Source: an uncultured Gemmatimonadales bacterium (GTDB lineage: Bacteria; Gemmatimonadota; Gemmatimonadetes; Longimicrobiales; RSA9). Taken from it: 64,000 bases of DNA. A program made the position numbers and the translations under genes. How positions within the stretch are numbered: the first letter of the stretch is position 1; each line of letters begins with the position of its first letter. Location: the NCBI GenBank assembly GCA_963798085.1, contig CAWCRS010000001.1, forward strand, positions 320,001-384,000, given 5' to 3'. This document shows, one piece after another, positions 1-8,938 of this stretch. The notes under the pieces are model-generated. The model saw only the letters and a program-made list of their open reading frames with translations. It was not told the origin of the DNA and did no database searches.

Positions 1-68
1 GTCGAACCGTCCTGGCGTTCTTTTCTTGCGACCGCTACGGCTATCGACCTGACTCAAGGCAACCTCCT

Positions 69-213
69 GTCGGACCGTCTTGGCGTTCTTTCCTTGCGGC
101 GTCCACGGCTATCGATGTGACCCGGCGCGACTGCAAAACGGGGCAGGAATGACGGCGTGAGTCATGACCCTGCGCATATGGCGCGCAATGCAAGAATGCC
201 AAGACGGTCCGAA
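69..213. repeat. Inverted-repeat doublet (REPIN/MITE-like), copy A
   Basis: GTCGGACCGTCTTGGCGTTC (69-88) and inverted GAATGCCAAGACGGTCCGAA (194-213); a degenerate direct copy of the left 47 bp lies at 1-47. Confidence 0.75.
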
Positions 214-276
214 TACTCCCCTTGCGTCGCGATGGGAAGAGGACCATCTTCTCCGCTGCAAACCACGGAGGCACAC

Positions 277-624
277 ATGGACGATCTCGATGGCAAGCTG
301 CTGCGCGGCACGCTCGAGCTGCTCATCCTGAAGTCGCTCAGCTGGGGCGCGCAGCACGGCTATGGCATTGCGGAATGGATCGAGGCGACGACGGGTGCGA
401 CCGTGCTCGTCGGCGAGGGCACGCTCTATCCGGCGCTGCACCGTCTGGAGCGCAACGGACTGATCGAAGCGGAGTGGGGCATCTCGGACAACAACCGCAA
501 GGCCAAGTTCTACACGCTGGCGCGGGCGGGCCGGAAGCGGCTGGAGTCAGGCACCACGTCGTGGCAGCGGTTCGTGGAGGCGACCGGCCGGGCGCTGCTC
601 TCGACGCGGCCGAAGGCGGGCTGA
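277..624 (+). CDS. PadR family transcriptional regulator (acidobacterial type)
   Basis: GTLELLILK..HGYGI..EGTLYPALHRLE..WGISDNNRKAKFY motifs; GGAGG RBS at 267-271, ATG 277. Confidence 0.93.
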   Translation: MDDLDGKLLRGTLELLILKSLSWGAQHGYGIAEWIEATTGATVLVGEGTLYPALHRLERNGLIEAEWGISDNNRKAKFYTLARAGRKRLESGTTSWQRFVEATGRALLSTRPKAG

Positions 625-3386
625 TGCGGCCGCCGGGCTGGCGCCGTCTGCTGCGCCTGGATGTGGGCGCCCGACATGTGGAGCGCGAAGTGGATGATGA
701 GCTGGCGTTTCACATCGAGATGCGCACGCGCAAGCTCGTGGCGAAGGGCATGGATGCCGCTTCCGCGCGGGCGGAAGCGATGCGGCAATTCGGCGACATC
801 GCCGTGGTACGCAATGCGCTGCTGGGCCTCGAAGGCGGCCGGCAGCGCGGGGCCCGGCGGGCGCGTCGCTGGCGCGAGCTGAAGCAGGATCTCGGCTACG
901 CGGTGCGCACGCTGCGGCGGCAACCCGTGTTTGCCGGAGTGCTGCTCGTCTCGCTGGCGCTGGGCATGGGTGCGAACACGGCTGTTTTCACGCTGGTCGA
1001 TGCCATCCTGCTGCGGCCGCTGCCCGTGCCGCATCCCGAACAGCTGGTCGCCATGGGCAATGTCGGGCGTGTGAACAGCCTGTCCACGGGAGGCCCGCGC
1101 ACCGATCTCCTGTCCGTACCGATCTATCGCGATGTGCAGGATGCGAGCCCTCTGCTGACCGGGCTGCTGGCGTCGGGCCGCACGGGCGGACTCGATGTCG
1201 TCATCGACAGCGGCAGCACGCCAGGGTCCGGGCGGGCGGAGCATCCGCGAGGTCGGCTGGTGTCGGGCAACTACTTCAGCGTGCTGGGCGTGTCCGCCCT
1301 TCTGGGTCGCACCTTCACGGTCGCGGATGATCGCGTGCCGGATGGATCGCCTGTCGTGGTGCTCAGTCAGGCCTGGTGGAAGGCGAGGTTTGGTGGCGAC
1401 CGCAGCGTGATCGGGCGCGTGCTCCGTGTCAACGGACGCGACTACACGATCATAGGCGTGGCAATGCCGGGTTATGGCGGCGAAATCGTGGGGCAGCCGA
1501 CTGACCTCTGGATTCCCTTGAGCATGCAGCCGGCAATCGAGCAGGGGTCGAACCGGCTCGAGGATCGCGCCTCCAGCTGGCTTCTGCTCATGGGCCGCAT
1601 GACGGAGCACGGCACGGTGGCGCAGGTGCGCACGAGCTTCCGCGCACTGATCACACGCTCGATCGATGCCCATGCTTCAGCGGCCGAGCTGGCGCCCGAA
1701 CGCGTGGCTGCGCGGGAGCCGCTGCGCGTGCAGCCGGGCGGGCGCGGCTTCTCCTGGGTGCGCGGCCACTACGCGCGGCCGCTGCTGACACTGATGGTGG
1801 CAGTGGCGCTGGTGCTGCTCGTGGTGTGTGCCAACGTCGCTAACCTGCTGTTCGCGCGCGGCGTTTCCCGCAGCCGCGAGCTGGGACTGCGGGTGGCGCT
1901 CGGCGCGGGCCGCGACCGGCTGCTGCGCCAGTTGCTCACCGAAACCGTGCTGCTGGCGGCTGCCGGCGGGGGGCTGGGCCTGCTAATGGCCTGGTGGGGC
2001 AGCACCGCGTTAGTCAGGCTTGCAGCACTGGGGCCGGCAGTGCTGGCGGAAGGCTGGCGCCTGGACTGGCGCATCTTCGGGTTCGCGGGCGGCCTCGCGC
2101 TGCTCACGGTGCTGCTCTGCGGACTGGCGCCGGCGTTGCGCGCCACGCGGGCGCAGCCTGCTGCGGTGCTGCGCGAGCAGGGTCGCGGCGTGACCGGCGG
2201 CGCCGCGCACTCGGCCGGCCGCTTCGCGATGGGCCGGGTGCTGGTCGGCGCTCAGGTGGCACTGTCGCTGATGCTGCTCGTCGGCACGAGCCTGCTGGTG
2301 CGGAGCATCCACAAACTGCAGTCACAGGATCCGGGGCTGGCGCAGGAGCAGCTGTTGCTCGTGGACGTGGACGTCGCGCCCACTGGTCTGCAGCACCCGG
2401 CACTGCAGGCGCTGGCCGTCTCAGTTGCCGACCATCTGCGCCAGATGCCGGGTGTTGCCGCCGCCACGTTCTCGGAGAACGGCATCTTCAGCGGCACGGA
2501 ATCCGCCACGAGTCTCACCGTTCCCGGATTTGTCGCGCGCACAATGGACGATACGGTCGTGAATTACGACCGTGTGGGTCCGGGCTACTTTCGCGCGATC
2601 GGCGCGCGACTGCTGCTCGGCCGGGATATCGAGGACAGCGACCGCGCGGGTGCGCCGGGTGCGGCCGTGATCAATCAGACAATGGCGAGGTTCTATTATC
2701 CGGGCGGCGCTGCGGCAGGCCAGCACATCACGGTGGACAGCGTCGACTACCAGATCGTCGGCGTCGTCGCGGATACGCGGGATCACACGCTGCGTGGCGA
2801 CGCGGTGCGCCGCCTGTATCTGCCGCTGGCGCAGTCGCGCGAGGGCATCGGGGAACTGCATTTCGAAGTGCGCGCCGCAGCTCCGCTCGAGGTCGCGCAT
2901 GCCGTTCGAGCCGCCGTTCTCGCGGTGCATCCACAGCTGCGCCTGCTGTCGATCGATCCGTTGACTCGCCTGATGCGCGACTCGATCGGTCAGGATCTGC
3001 TGCTCGCGAGGCTCGTCAGTTTCTTCGGGGTGCTGGCGCTCGTGCTCGCAGCGCTCGGCCTGTACGGCGTACTGAGCTACCTGACCGCACAGCGAACCAG
3101 CGAATTCGGACTGCGCATGGCGCTGGGCGCCGCGCCCCGCACCGTGAGTCGCATGGTGCTGGGTGAAGCGCTGCTGCTGGTGGCTGCCGGCGCCGCAGCC
3201 GGCCTGCCCATGTCGCTGGGCGTAGCGTGGCTCATGCGTAATCAGCTGTTTGGGGTATCGCCGGCCGATCCGGTGTCCGTGGGCATTGCGCTGCTCGTGC
3301 TGGCTGGCAGTGCGACCTGCGCGGGCTGGCTGCCCGCCGCACGCGCCGCACGCGTGGGCCCGCTCACTGCGCTGCGGTCGGACTGA
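624..3386 (+). CDS. ADOP-type duplicated orphan ABC permease (MacB-PCD/FtsX x2)
   Basis: EVDDELAFHIE prefix, LALGMGANTAVF, CANVANLL, RTSEFGLRMALGA, C-terminal P..ALRSD; start overlaps the padR stop (TGATG). Confidence 0.93.
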   Translation: MRPPGWRRLLRLDVGARHVEREVDDELAFHIEMRTRKLVAKGMDAASARAEAMRQFGDIAVVRNALLGLEGGRQRGARRARRWRELKQDLGYAVRTLRRQPVFAGVLLVSLALGMGANTAVFTLVDAILLRPLPVPHPEQLVAMGNVGRVNSLSTGGPRTDLLSVPIYRDVQDASPLLTGLLASGRTGGLDVVIDSGSTPGSGRAEHPRGRLVSGNYFSVLGVSALLGRTFTVADDRVPDGSPVVVLSQAWWKARFGGDRSVIGRVLRVNGRDYTIIGVAMPGYGGEIVGQPTDLWIPLSMQPAIEQGSNRLEDRASSWLLLMGRMTEHGTVAQVRTSFRALITRSIDAHASAAELAPERVAAREPLRVQPGGRGFSWVRGHYARPLLTLMVAVALVLLVVCANVANLLFARGVSRSRELGLRVALGAGRDRLLRQLLTETVLLAAAGGGLGLLMAWWGSTALVRLAALGPAVLAEGWRLDWRIFGFAGGLALLTVLLCGLAPALRATRAQPAAVLREQGRGVTGGAAHSAGRFAMGRVLVGAQVALSLMLLVGTSLLVRSIHKLQSQDPGLAQEQLLLVDVDVAPTGLQHPALQALAVSVADHLRQMPGVAAATFSENGIFSGTESATSLTVPGFVARTMDDTVVNYDRVGPGYFRAIGARLLLGRDIEDSDRAGAPGAAVINQTMARFYYPGGAAAGQHITVDSVDYQIVGVVADTRDHTLRGDAVRRLYLPLAQSREGIGELHFEVRAAAPLEVAHAVRAAVLAVHPQLRLLSIDPLTRLMRDSIGQDLLLARLVSFFGVLALVLAALGLYGVLSYLTAQRTSEFGLRMALGAAPRTVSRMVLGEALLLVAAGAAAGLPMSLGVAWLMRNQLFGVSPADPVSVGIALLVLAGSATCAGWLPAARAARVGPLTALRSD

Positions 3387-3399
3387 TCCGCCGGCTGCG

Positions 3400-6105
3400 C
3401 TACTCCGCGCGCAGAACGATGCAGGGATCGACGCGTGCGGCGCGGCGCGCGGGCAGCAGTGCGGCGATCATGCCGATGCCCGGCAGCAGCGTCGCGACGG
3501 CAGCGTAGACCAGCGGGTCGCGTGGCGAAACGCGGAACAGCAGCTGCCGAATGGTGAGCGTGCCCATGGCGGCACCCGCGAGACCGAGCAGCACGCCCAG
3601 TGCCAGCATGCGGGAGGCATCGCGCAGCACCAGTCGCAGCAGTTCCGGCGCGCGCGCACCCAGCGCCATGCGCACACCCATCTCGTGGCGCCTCGCCGTC
3701 ACGTTGTACGCCATCACGCTGTACAGTCCGAGTGCGGCAACCACCAGCGCGAGCGCGCCGAACGCCAGGAAGAGCGTCGCGCCCAGGCGCCAGGGACGCA
3801 CCATGGGTTCCACCACCTGCGCCATCGAGCGAATGCCGGCATAGGGCAGCTGCGGGTCAATGCGCTGCACGATCGTTCGCACATTGTCAATGGCGGCATC
3901 ACTCCCGGCGACCGTGCGGATGAACAGCGCGCGCATGTCCGACGCGTCCTGCGACAGCGGCCGGAAGAACTGCGGCTCGGGAGCACTGGACACGCTGAGG
4001 CGCATCGCATTCCGGGCTACACCCACGACTTCGAAGCAGACACCGTCCGGTGCGTTCCTGAAGCATTTGCCGAGCGCGGATTGCCCTGGCCAGGCGACGC
4101 CGGCGAACGCTTCATCGACGATCGCTACCGGTGTCGTCCCGGTGCGGTCCGCGGCCGTGAACGAGCGCCCCTCGACAATGCGCGTGCCCATGGTCCGGAA
4201 ATAGCCGGTATCGACCTGTGTCACGTAGGGCCCGCCCGGCAGCGCGAGTGCGGAATCACGACCGGGCAGCCACAGGGTTACGGATGTGCTGCTCAGGAAC
4301 GGAATCGTGGCGGCGACGGACGTCGACACCACGCCGGGCAGCTGTTGCACCTGCGCCGCCGCCTGTTCGTACAGGTTCGACCATTCCTGCGGCGAGCGAT
4401 CCAGTGCCCGGCGATCCCATGTGAGCACAAGCACGTGATCGGCATCGAAGCCGAGGTCCACCGCGCGCACATTGCGCAGGCTGCGCACGAACAGGCCCGC
4501 GCCCACGAGCAGCATCACGCTCAGCGTCGCCTGCGCCACGACGAGAGCGCGGCGCAGCACATGTCGCCTGACATCACCTTCGTACGCGCCTGCCTTGAGT
4601 ATCGCGTGCAGGTCGGCGCGCTGGATCTGCCATGCGGGCACCACGCCGACCAGGATCGTGCAGAGCGCGAGCAGGCCGCCCATGAAGAGCAGGACGTGGC
4701 CGTCGACGGTCGCACCGGACCAGTCGACATCGGGCAGCATGAGTACGCGCACACTGCGCCCGATCCAGCCCGCCAGCCCGAGACCCAGCACACTGCCCGC
4801 GACGCACAGCAGCAGCGCTTCCGTCATCACCAGCGTGAGCAGACGACGCCTCGAGACCCCGAGCGCCACGCGGATTCCCAGCTCGCGGCTGCGGCGCAGT
4901 GCCTTCGCGAGCAGCAGATTCGCCACGTTGGCACACGCGATCAGCAGCACGATGATGGCCACCGCCAGCAGCACGAGCGACGTGGTGCTGGTCTGGTCTT
5001 CCGCGCCACCGCGCAGGATCTCCGGCACCTTCAGCGGATCAATGGAGACCAGCATGGCGTGATTCAGGGCGTTGTCGCCATAGCTCCGGTCCACATTGCG
5101 ACGCACGGTGGTCGCCTGCGCCATGGCCGCTGCCGCATCGGCCGGGTCGCGCAGCCTGGCCACGATGCTGAGCCAGCTCCAGCCGCGTGTCTGGTACCAG
5201 TCCGGCCCGCGCTCCGTCTGCGCGTACGCGCTCACGGGCACGATCAGATCCACGGGCTGCAGCTCCAGTCCGCGAAAGCCGCGCGGCGCCACGCCAATGA
5301 TGCGGTAGCGCTCCCGGCCGATGTCGATCGACTGCCCTAACACGCTGCCAGAGCCACCATACGCCCGGCGCCAGTAGCCGTAGGCGAGCACAGCGACGTG
5401 CTCGGCCCGGCCGGGCGAGTCTTCGGCCTCGGTGTAAAAGCGGCCGCGCAACGGTTGCACGCCCAATAGCGGAAAGAAGTTCGCCGTGGCCACCAGCATG
5501 CTGGCGTGCCGCGCCGTCTCGCCTCGCCCGATCGATGCGCCGGCAGTCGTGTAGGCGGCGACATTGTCCAGCTTCGTCACGCCCTCGCGCAGCGCCGCGT
5601 AATCGAAATAGGAATAGCCAATGACAACCACCGGCTCGGCCCGCTGCGGCAGCGCCAGCTGATGGTAGATGTGCACCACCTGCTGCGGATCGCGCACCTG
5701 CGGCGGCGGCCGCAGCAGCAGATGGTCGGCAATGCCGAACATCGCGGCATTCGCTCCCAGCGCCAGCGCCAGTGTCAGAACCACGGGAATCGCGAAACGT
5801 GGATCCTTGCGCACCGATCGCCACGCCGAGCGCAGATCCTGGCCCGCTGCGTCGTACCACGCCGCACGGCGCTCGCGGCGCACACGTCGCAGTTCCAGTG
5901 CCGACAACTCTGCCTGCGCCTCGGCGACGTTGCCGAACTCGCGTTCCGCCTGCGCCCGCGCTTCGCCCTCCGTCATGCCGGCCGCCTGCAGAGCCTGCGT
6001 ACGACTCTCAATGTGAAACGCGATCTCCTCCGCCACCACGCGCGGCGTTTCCGCCGCCGCTGCGGGCAGGCGCAACAGCCGTCGTACGCGTTTCGCTCGG
6101 CTCAT
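3400..6105 (-). CDS. ADOP-type duplicated orphan ABC permease
   Basis: EEIAFHIE prefix, LALGANAAMF, CANVANLL, HEMGVRMALGA, VDPCIVLRAE; GGAGG before ATG 6105. Confidence 0.93.
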   Translation of the reverse strand: MSRAKRVRRLLRLPAAAAETPRVVAEEIAFHIESRTQALQAAGMTEGEARAQAEREFGNVAEAQAELSALELRRVRRERRAAWYDAAGQDLRSAWRSVRKDPRFAIPVVLTLALALGANAAMFGIADHLLLRPPPQVRDPQQVVHIYHQLALPQRAEPVVVIGYSYFDYAALREGVTKLDNVAAYTTAGASIGRGETARHASMLVATANFFPLLGVQPLRGRFYTEAEDSPGRAEHVAVLAYGYWRRAYGGSGSVLGQSIDIGRERYRIIGVAPRGFRGLELQPVDLIVPVSAYAQTERGPDWYQTRGWSWLSIVARLRDPADAAAAMAQATTVRRNVDRSYGDNALNHAMLVSIDPLKVPEILRGGAEDQTSTTSLVLLAVAIIVLLIACANVANLLLAKALRRSRELGIRVALGVSRRRLLTLVMTEALLLCVAGSVLGLGLAGWIGRSVRVLMLPDVDWSGATVDGHVLLFMGGLLALCTILVGVVPAWQIQRADLHAILKAGAYEGDVRRHVLRRALVVAQATLSVMLLVGAGLFVRSLRNVRAVDLGFDADHVLVLTWDRRALDRSPQEWSNLYEQAAAQVQQLPGVVSTSVAATIPFLSSTSVTLWLPGRDSALALPGGPYVTQVDTGYFRTMGTRIVEGRSFTAADRTGTTPVAIVDEAFAGVAWPGQSALGKCFRNAPDGVCFEVVGVARNAMRLSVSSAPEPQFFRPLSQDASDMRALFIRTVAGSDAAIDNVRTIVQRIDPQLPYAGIRSMAQVVEPMVRPWRLGATLFLAFGALALVVAALGLYSVMAYNVTARRHEMGVRMALGARAPELLRLVLRDASRMLALGVLLGLAGAAMGTLTIRQLLFRVSPRDPLVYAAVATLLPGIGMIAALLPARRAARVDPCIVLRAE

Positions 6106-6227
6106 GCTGGCTCGGCCTCCGCGGTGCTTCACCGGAAACGTTCCGGGGAAGGAAGGATACGGTAATGCCGGTCGCGAGCGGGGGCAAGCGCCATGCCTGG
6201 CGCTGCCGCGAACCGATTCCGCGCGCC

Positions 6228-6261
6228 GAGCCGCGAAGGTACGGCCTGTCCTTCGCGGCTC
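6228..6261. other. Intergenic 12-bp stem-loop
   Basis: GAGCCGCGAAGG-N10-CCTTCGCGGCTC between two co-oriented permease genes; no U-tract. Confidence 0.5.
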
Positions 6262-6275
6262 CGCGTGGGGAACGA

Positions 6276-8927
6276 TCAGTCGGCGCGCATGGCCGTAACC
6301 GGATCAATGCGGGTGGCGCGATACGCGGGCGCGAGGGCGGCCAGCAGCGTGACAAGGACGAGCAGCAGCAGTACGCCGGCGATCGTCCAGGGATCGTGCG
6401 GCGACACGTCGACCAGCATCGACTTCATGGCATCACCCAGCCAGCGTGCGCCCACGACGCCGACCAGTGCGCCGGCGGCCACAACGCGCAGGGCGCGCGT
6501 CAGGACGAGTCGGAGGATGCCGGACTGGCGTGCGCCGAGGGCCGCGCGGATGCCGATTTCGCGGGTACGGCGAGTGACGGAGAATGCCAGCAGCCCGTGC
6601 AGTCCGAGCGCGGCGAGGAACGCGCCGAATGCGGCGAACGCCGTGAGCAGGCTCATGAGGAAGCGGCGTGATCGCAGCAGCTCGCTCAGGCGATCGGTAA
6701 GCAGGCTCACGTCGACGGCGACGTCCGGGTCGAGCTGTTGTCCCGTCTGCGCGATGCGTGCCGCGGTGGCGGCGGGATGCGTGCCGGCCGCGCGCACCAC
6801 GATGCTCATGCTCTGCCACCAGATCGGTACCTGGCGATAGAGCACGTATATCTCGGGCGCGGTGGCGTCCTCGTAGCCGGCGTGGCGGATGTCGCCCACG
6901 ACGCCGATAACTGTGAGTTGCGGCGCCGGCTGCGGATACGGCTCCATGCTGGTTGCGATCACGGTGTGGCCCAGCGGGTTCTCACCGGGCCAGTACTGAC
7001 TCGCCATCTTTTCGTTCACCAGCACCACGCGCTGTGTGCCCTGGTCGTCGCGCGCATCGAAGAAGCGCCCGGCGCGCAGCGGTATGCCCAGTACGGTGAA
7101 GTAGTCGTCGCTCACCACGCGATAGCCGGCGCCCGTATTGGCGCCGGTGAAGCCGGGCACTTCGATGAAGCTGTTGCCGCCATTGCCGGTGGGAATCCAG
7201 TTGGCCATGGCGACGCCGGTGAGGCCGGGCAGCTGGCGCAGTCGCCCCAGCAGTTCTTCCCAGTACTGCAGCTGGCGGGGTATTCCCTCGAGGCCCTGGT
7301 AACGCGGTGTTCGCAGCACCACATTGGCGGTGATGACGCCGGCCGGCGAGAAGCCCAGATCATGGCGCAGTGTGTTGCGGAAGCTGCGCAGCAGCAACCC
7401 GCCCGCCAGCAGCAGCAGCACGGCCGCCGCTACCTCGCCGGCCACCAGCAGGGCGCCCGTGCGGTTGCGTTCGCGGCTCGCGGTGGTACGCGTACCGCTC
7501 ACCACATTGCGCGTTGTCGTGCCCGAGGCCCGCCCTGCGGGCAGCGCCCCTGCGCCCAGGCCAGCGAGCAGGGAAATGGCAATACCGAACGCCAGTACGC
7601 GGCCGTCCAGGCCGATTTCGCCCACGCGCGGCAGCATGGAAGCGGCGTGCTGCTGCACGAGTCGCGTGGCCGCCCAGGCCGTCACGATGCCGGCGGCGCC
7701 GCCCACCACGCCCAGCAGGGCGTGCTCGGTGAGCAGCTGGCGGACCAGGCTGGCGCGTCCGGCGCCGAGCGCCGCGCGCACCACGAACTCCGGACTGCGT
7801 GCGTGCACGCGGGCCAGACTCTGTCCGGCAATGTTGCTGCAGGCAATGAGCAGAACGGCAATCACGGCGGCTAACAGCATGTTCAGATAGTGGCCCGTGT
7901 CGCCGATCACGGCGTCACGCAGCGGCACGACGCCCACGCCCCAGGAGTAGATGCCTTCAGGAAACTGCCGCCGGATGTTGTCGGCCACGGCGCTCAGGTC
8001 GGCGCGTGCGGCTGCGGGCGTGACGCCCGGTCGCAGCCGCGCCAGTGCCTGGAAATTGATCCGGTTGCGGCCCAGGTCGTTGCGTGATCTGTAGGCCCAC
8101 GGCAGCCAGATGTCCGTGCCTGGCGGGAACGCCTGGCTGGCGGGCATGACGCCAATGACCTGCGACGCTTCGCCGTCAATGACCAGCTCCTGCGGCAGGG
8201 TCGCGGTTGCTCCCAGGCGGGTGCGCCAGAATCCCTCGCTCACGACGGCCAGGCGCTGCTCCGCCTGCGCTTCCTGTTCCGTGAAGACGCGCCCCCGCAG
8301 TGGCGTTGCCGCGAGTGCGGCGAAGAATCCGCCGCCCGCATCGGCGGCGACCACCGTGTGCGTGCCACTGGCTTCGCCTGCGGATACCTGCTTCTGGCGG
8401 AAAAGACCGATGGCGGCAAGCGTGTGGTTCTGCTGCGCCCAGTCGTTCCAGTTGTCGGCGGAGACCAGGGCGTACTCGCTGTGCTGTTCGGTCACGGACA
8501 GGAGTGCGACCAGCTGCGCCGGCTGCGGGAACGGCAGCGGCCGGTCGATCACCCGCTCCACCACGGTGAACACGGCTGTGGTCAGGCCTATGCCCAGCGC
8601 CAGCGTGATGAGCGCCATGATGCTGAACCCGGGCGAGCGGATGGCGTTGCGTGCCGCGAGCCGCAGGTCCCGCTGAAAGCCATCCAGCCACAGGGCGCGC
8701 CGGCGGCGCCGTTCGCGCGCGTGGGCGGCGCGCTGCAAACGCCGTGTTGCGTCGTCCATGTTGCCGAAGCGCTCCTGCGCGCGGCGCCTCGCCTCGGCTT
8801 CCGGCACGCCGCGCCGCACAAGGTCGCTGACCACCAGCTCGATGTGCGTGCGCATTTCCTCGCTGACATTGGCGTCGACGTCCTGATTGCGCCCGAGCGG
8901 CGATCGCCTGCCGGGATGTTCGCGCAT
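6276..8927 (-). CDS. ADOP-type duplicated orphan ABC permease
   Basis: EEMRTHIE..AQERFG prefix, LALGIGLTTAVF, RTREIGIRAALGA, IDPVTAMRAD. Confidence 0.93.
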   Translation of the reverse strand: MREHPGRRSPLGRNQDVDANVSEEMRTHIELVVSDLVRRGVPEAEARRRAQERFGNMDDATRRLQRAAHARERRRRRALWLDGFQRDLRLAARNAIRSPGFSIMALITLALGIGLTTAVFTVVERVIDRPLPFPQPAQLVALLSVTEQHSEYALVSADNWNDWAQQNHTLAAIGLFRQKQVSAGEASGTHTVVAADAGGGFFAALAATPLRGRVFTEQEAQAEQRLAVVSEGFWRTRLGATATLPQELVIDGEASQVIGVMPASQAFPPGTDIWLPWAYRSRNDLGRNRINFQALARLRPGVTPAAARADLSAVADNIRRQFPEGIYSWGVGVVPLRDAVIGDTGHYLNMLLAAVIAVLLIACSNIAGQSLARVHARSPEFVVRAALGAGRASLVRQLLTEHALLGVVGGAAGIVTAWAATRLVQQHAASMLPRVGEIGLDGRVLAFGIAISLLAGLGAGALPAGRASGTTTRNVVSGTRTTASRERNRTGALLVAGEVAAAVLLLLAGGLLLRSFRNTLRHDLGFSPAGVITANVVLRTPRYQGLEGIPRQLQYWEELLGRLRQLPGLTGVAMANWIPTGNGGNSFIEVPGFTGANTGAGYRVVSDDYFTVLGIPLRAGRFFDARDDQGTQRVVLVNEKMASQYWPGENPLGHTVIATSMEPYPQPAPQLTVIGVVGDIRHAGYEDATAPEIYVLYRQVPIWWQSMSIVVRAAGTHPAATAARIAQTGQQLDPDVAVDVSLLTDRLSELLRSRRFLMSLLTAFAAFGAFLAALGLHGLLAFSVTRRTREIGIRAALGARQSGILRLVLTRALRVVAAGALVGVVGARWLGDAMKSMLVDVSPHDPWTIAGVLLLLVLVTLLAALAPAYRATRIDPVTAMRAD

Positions 8928-8938
8928 GTTCCTGCCGC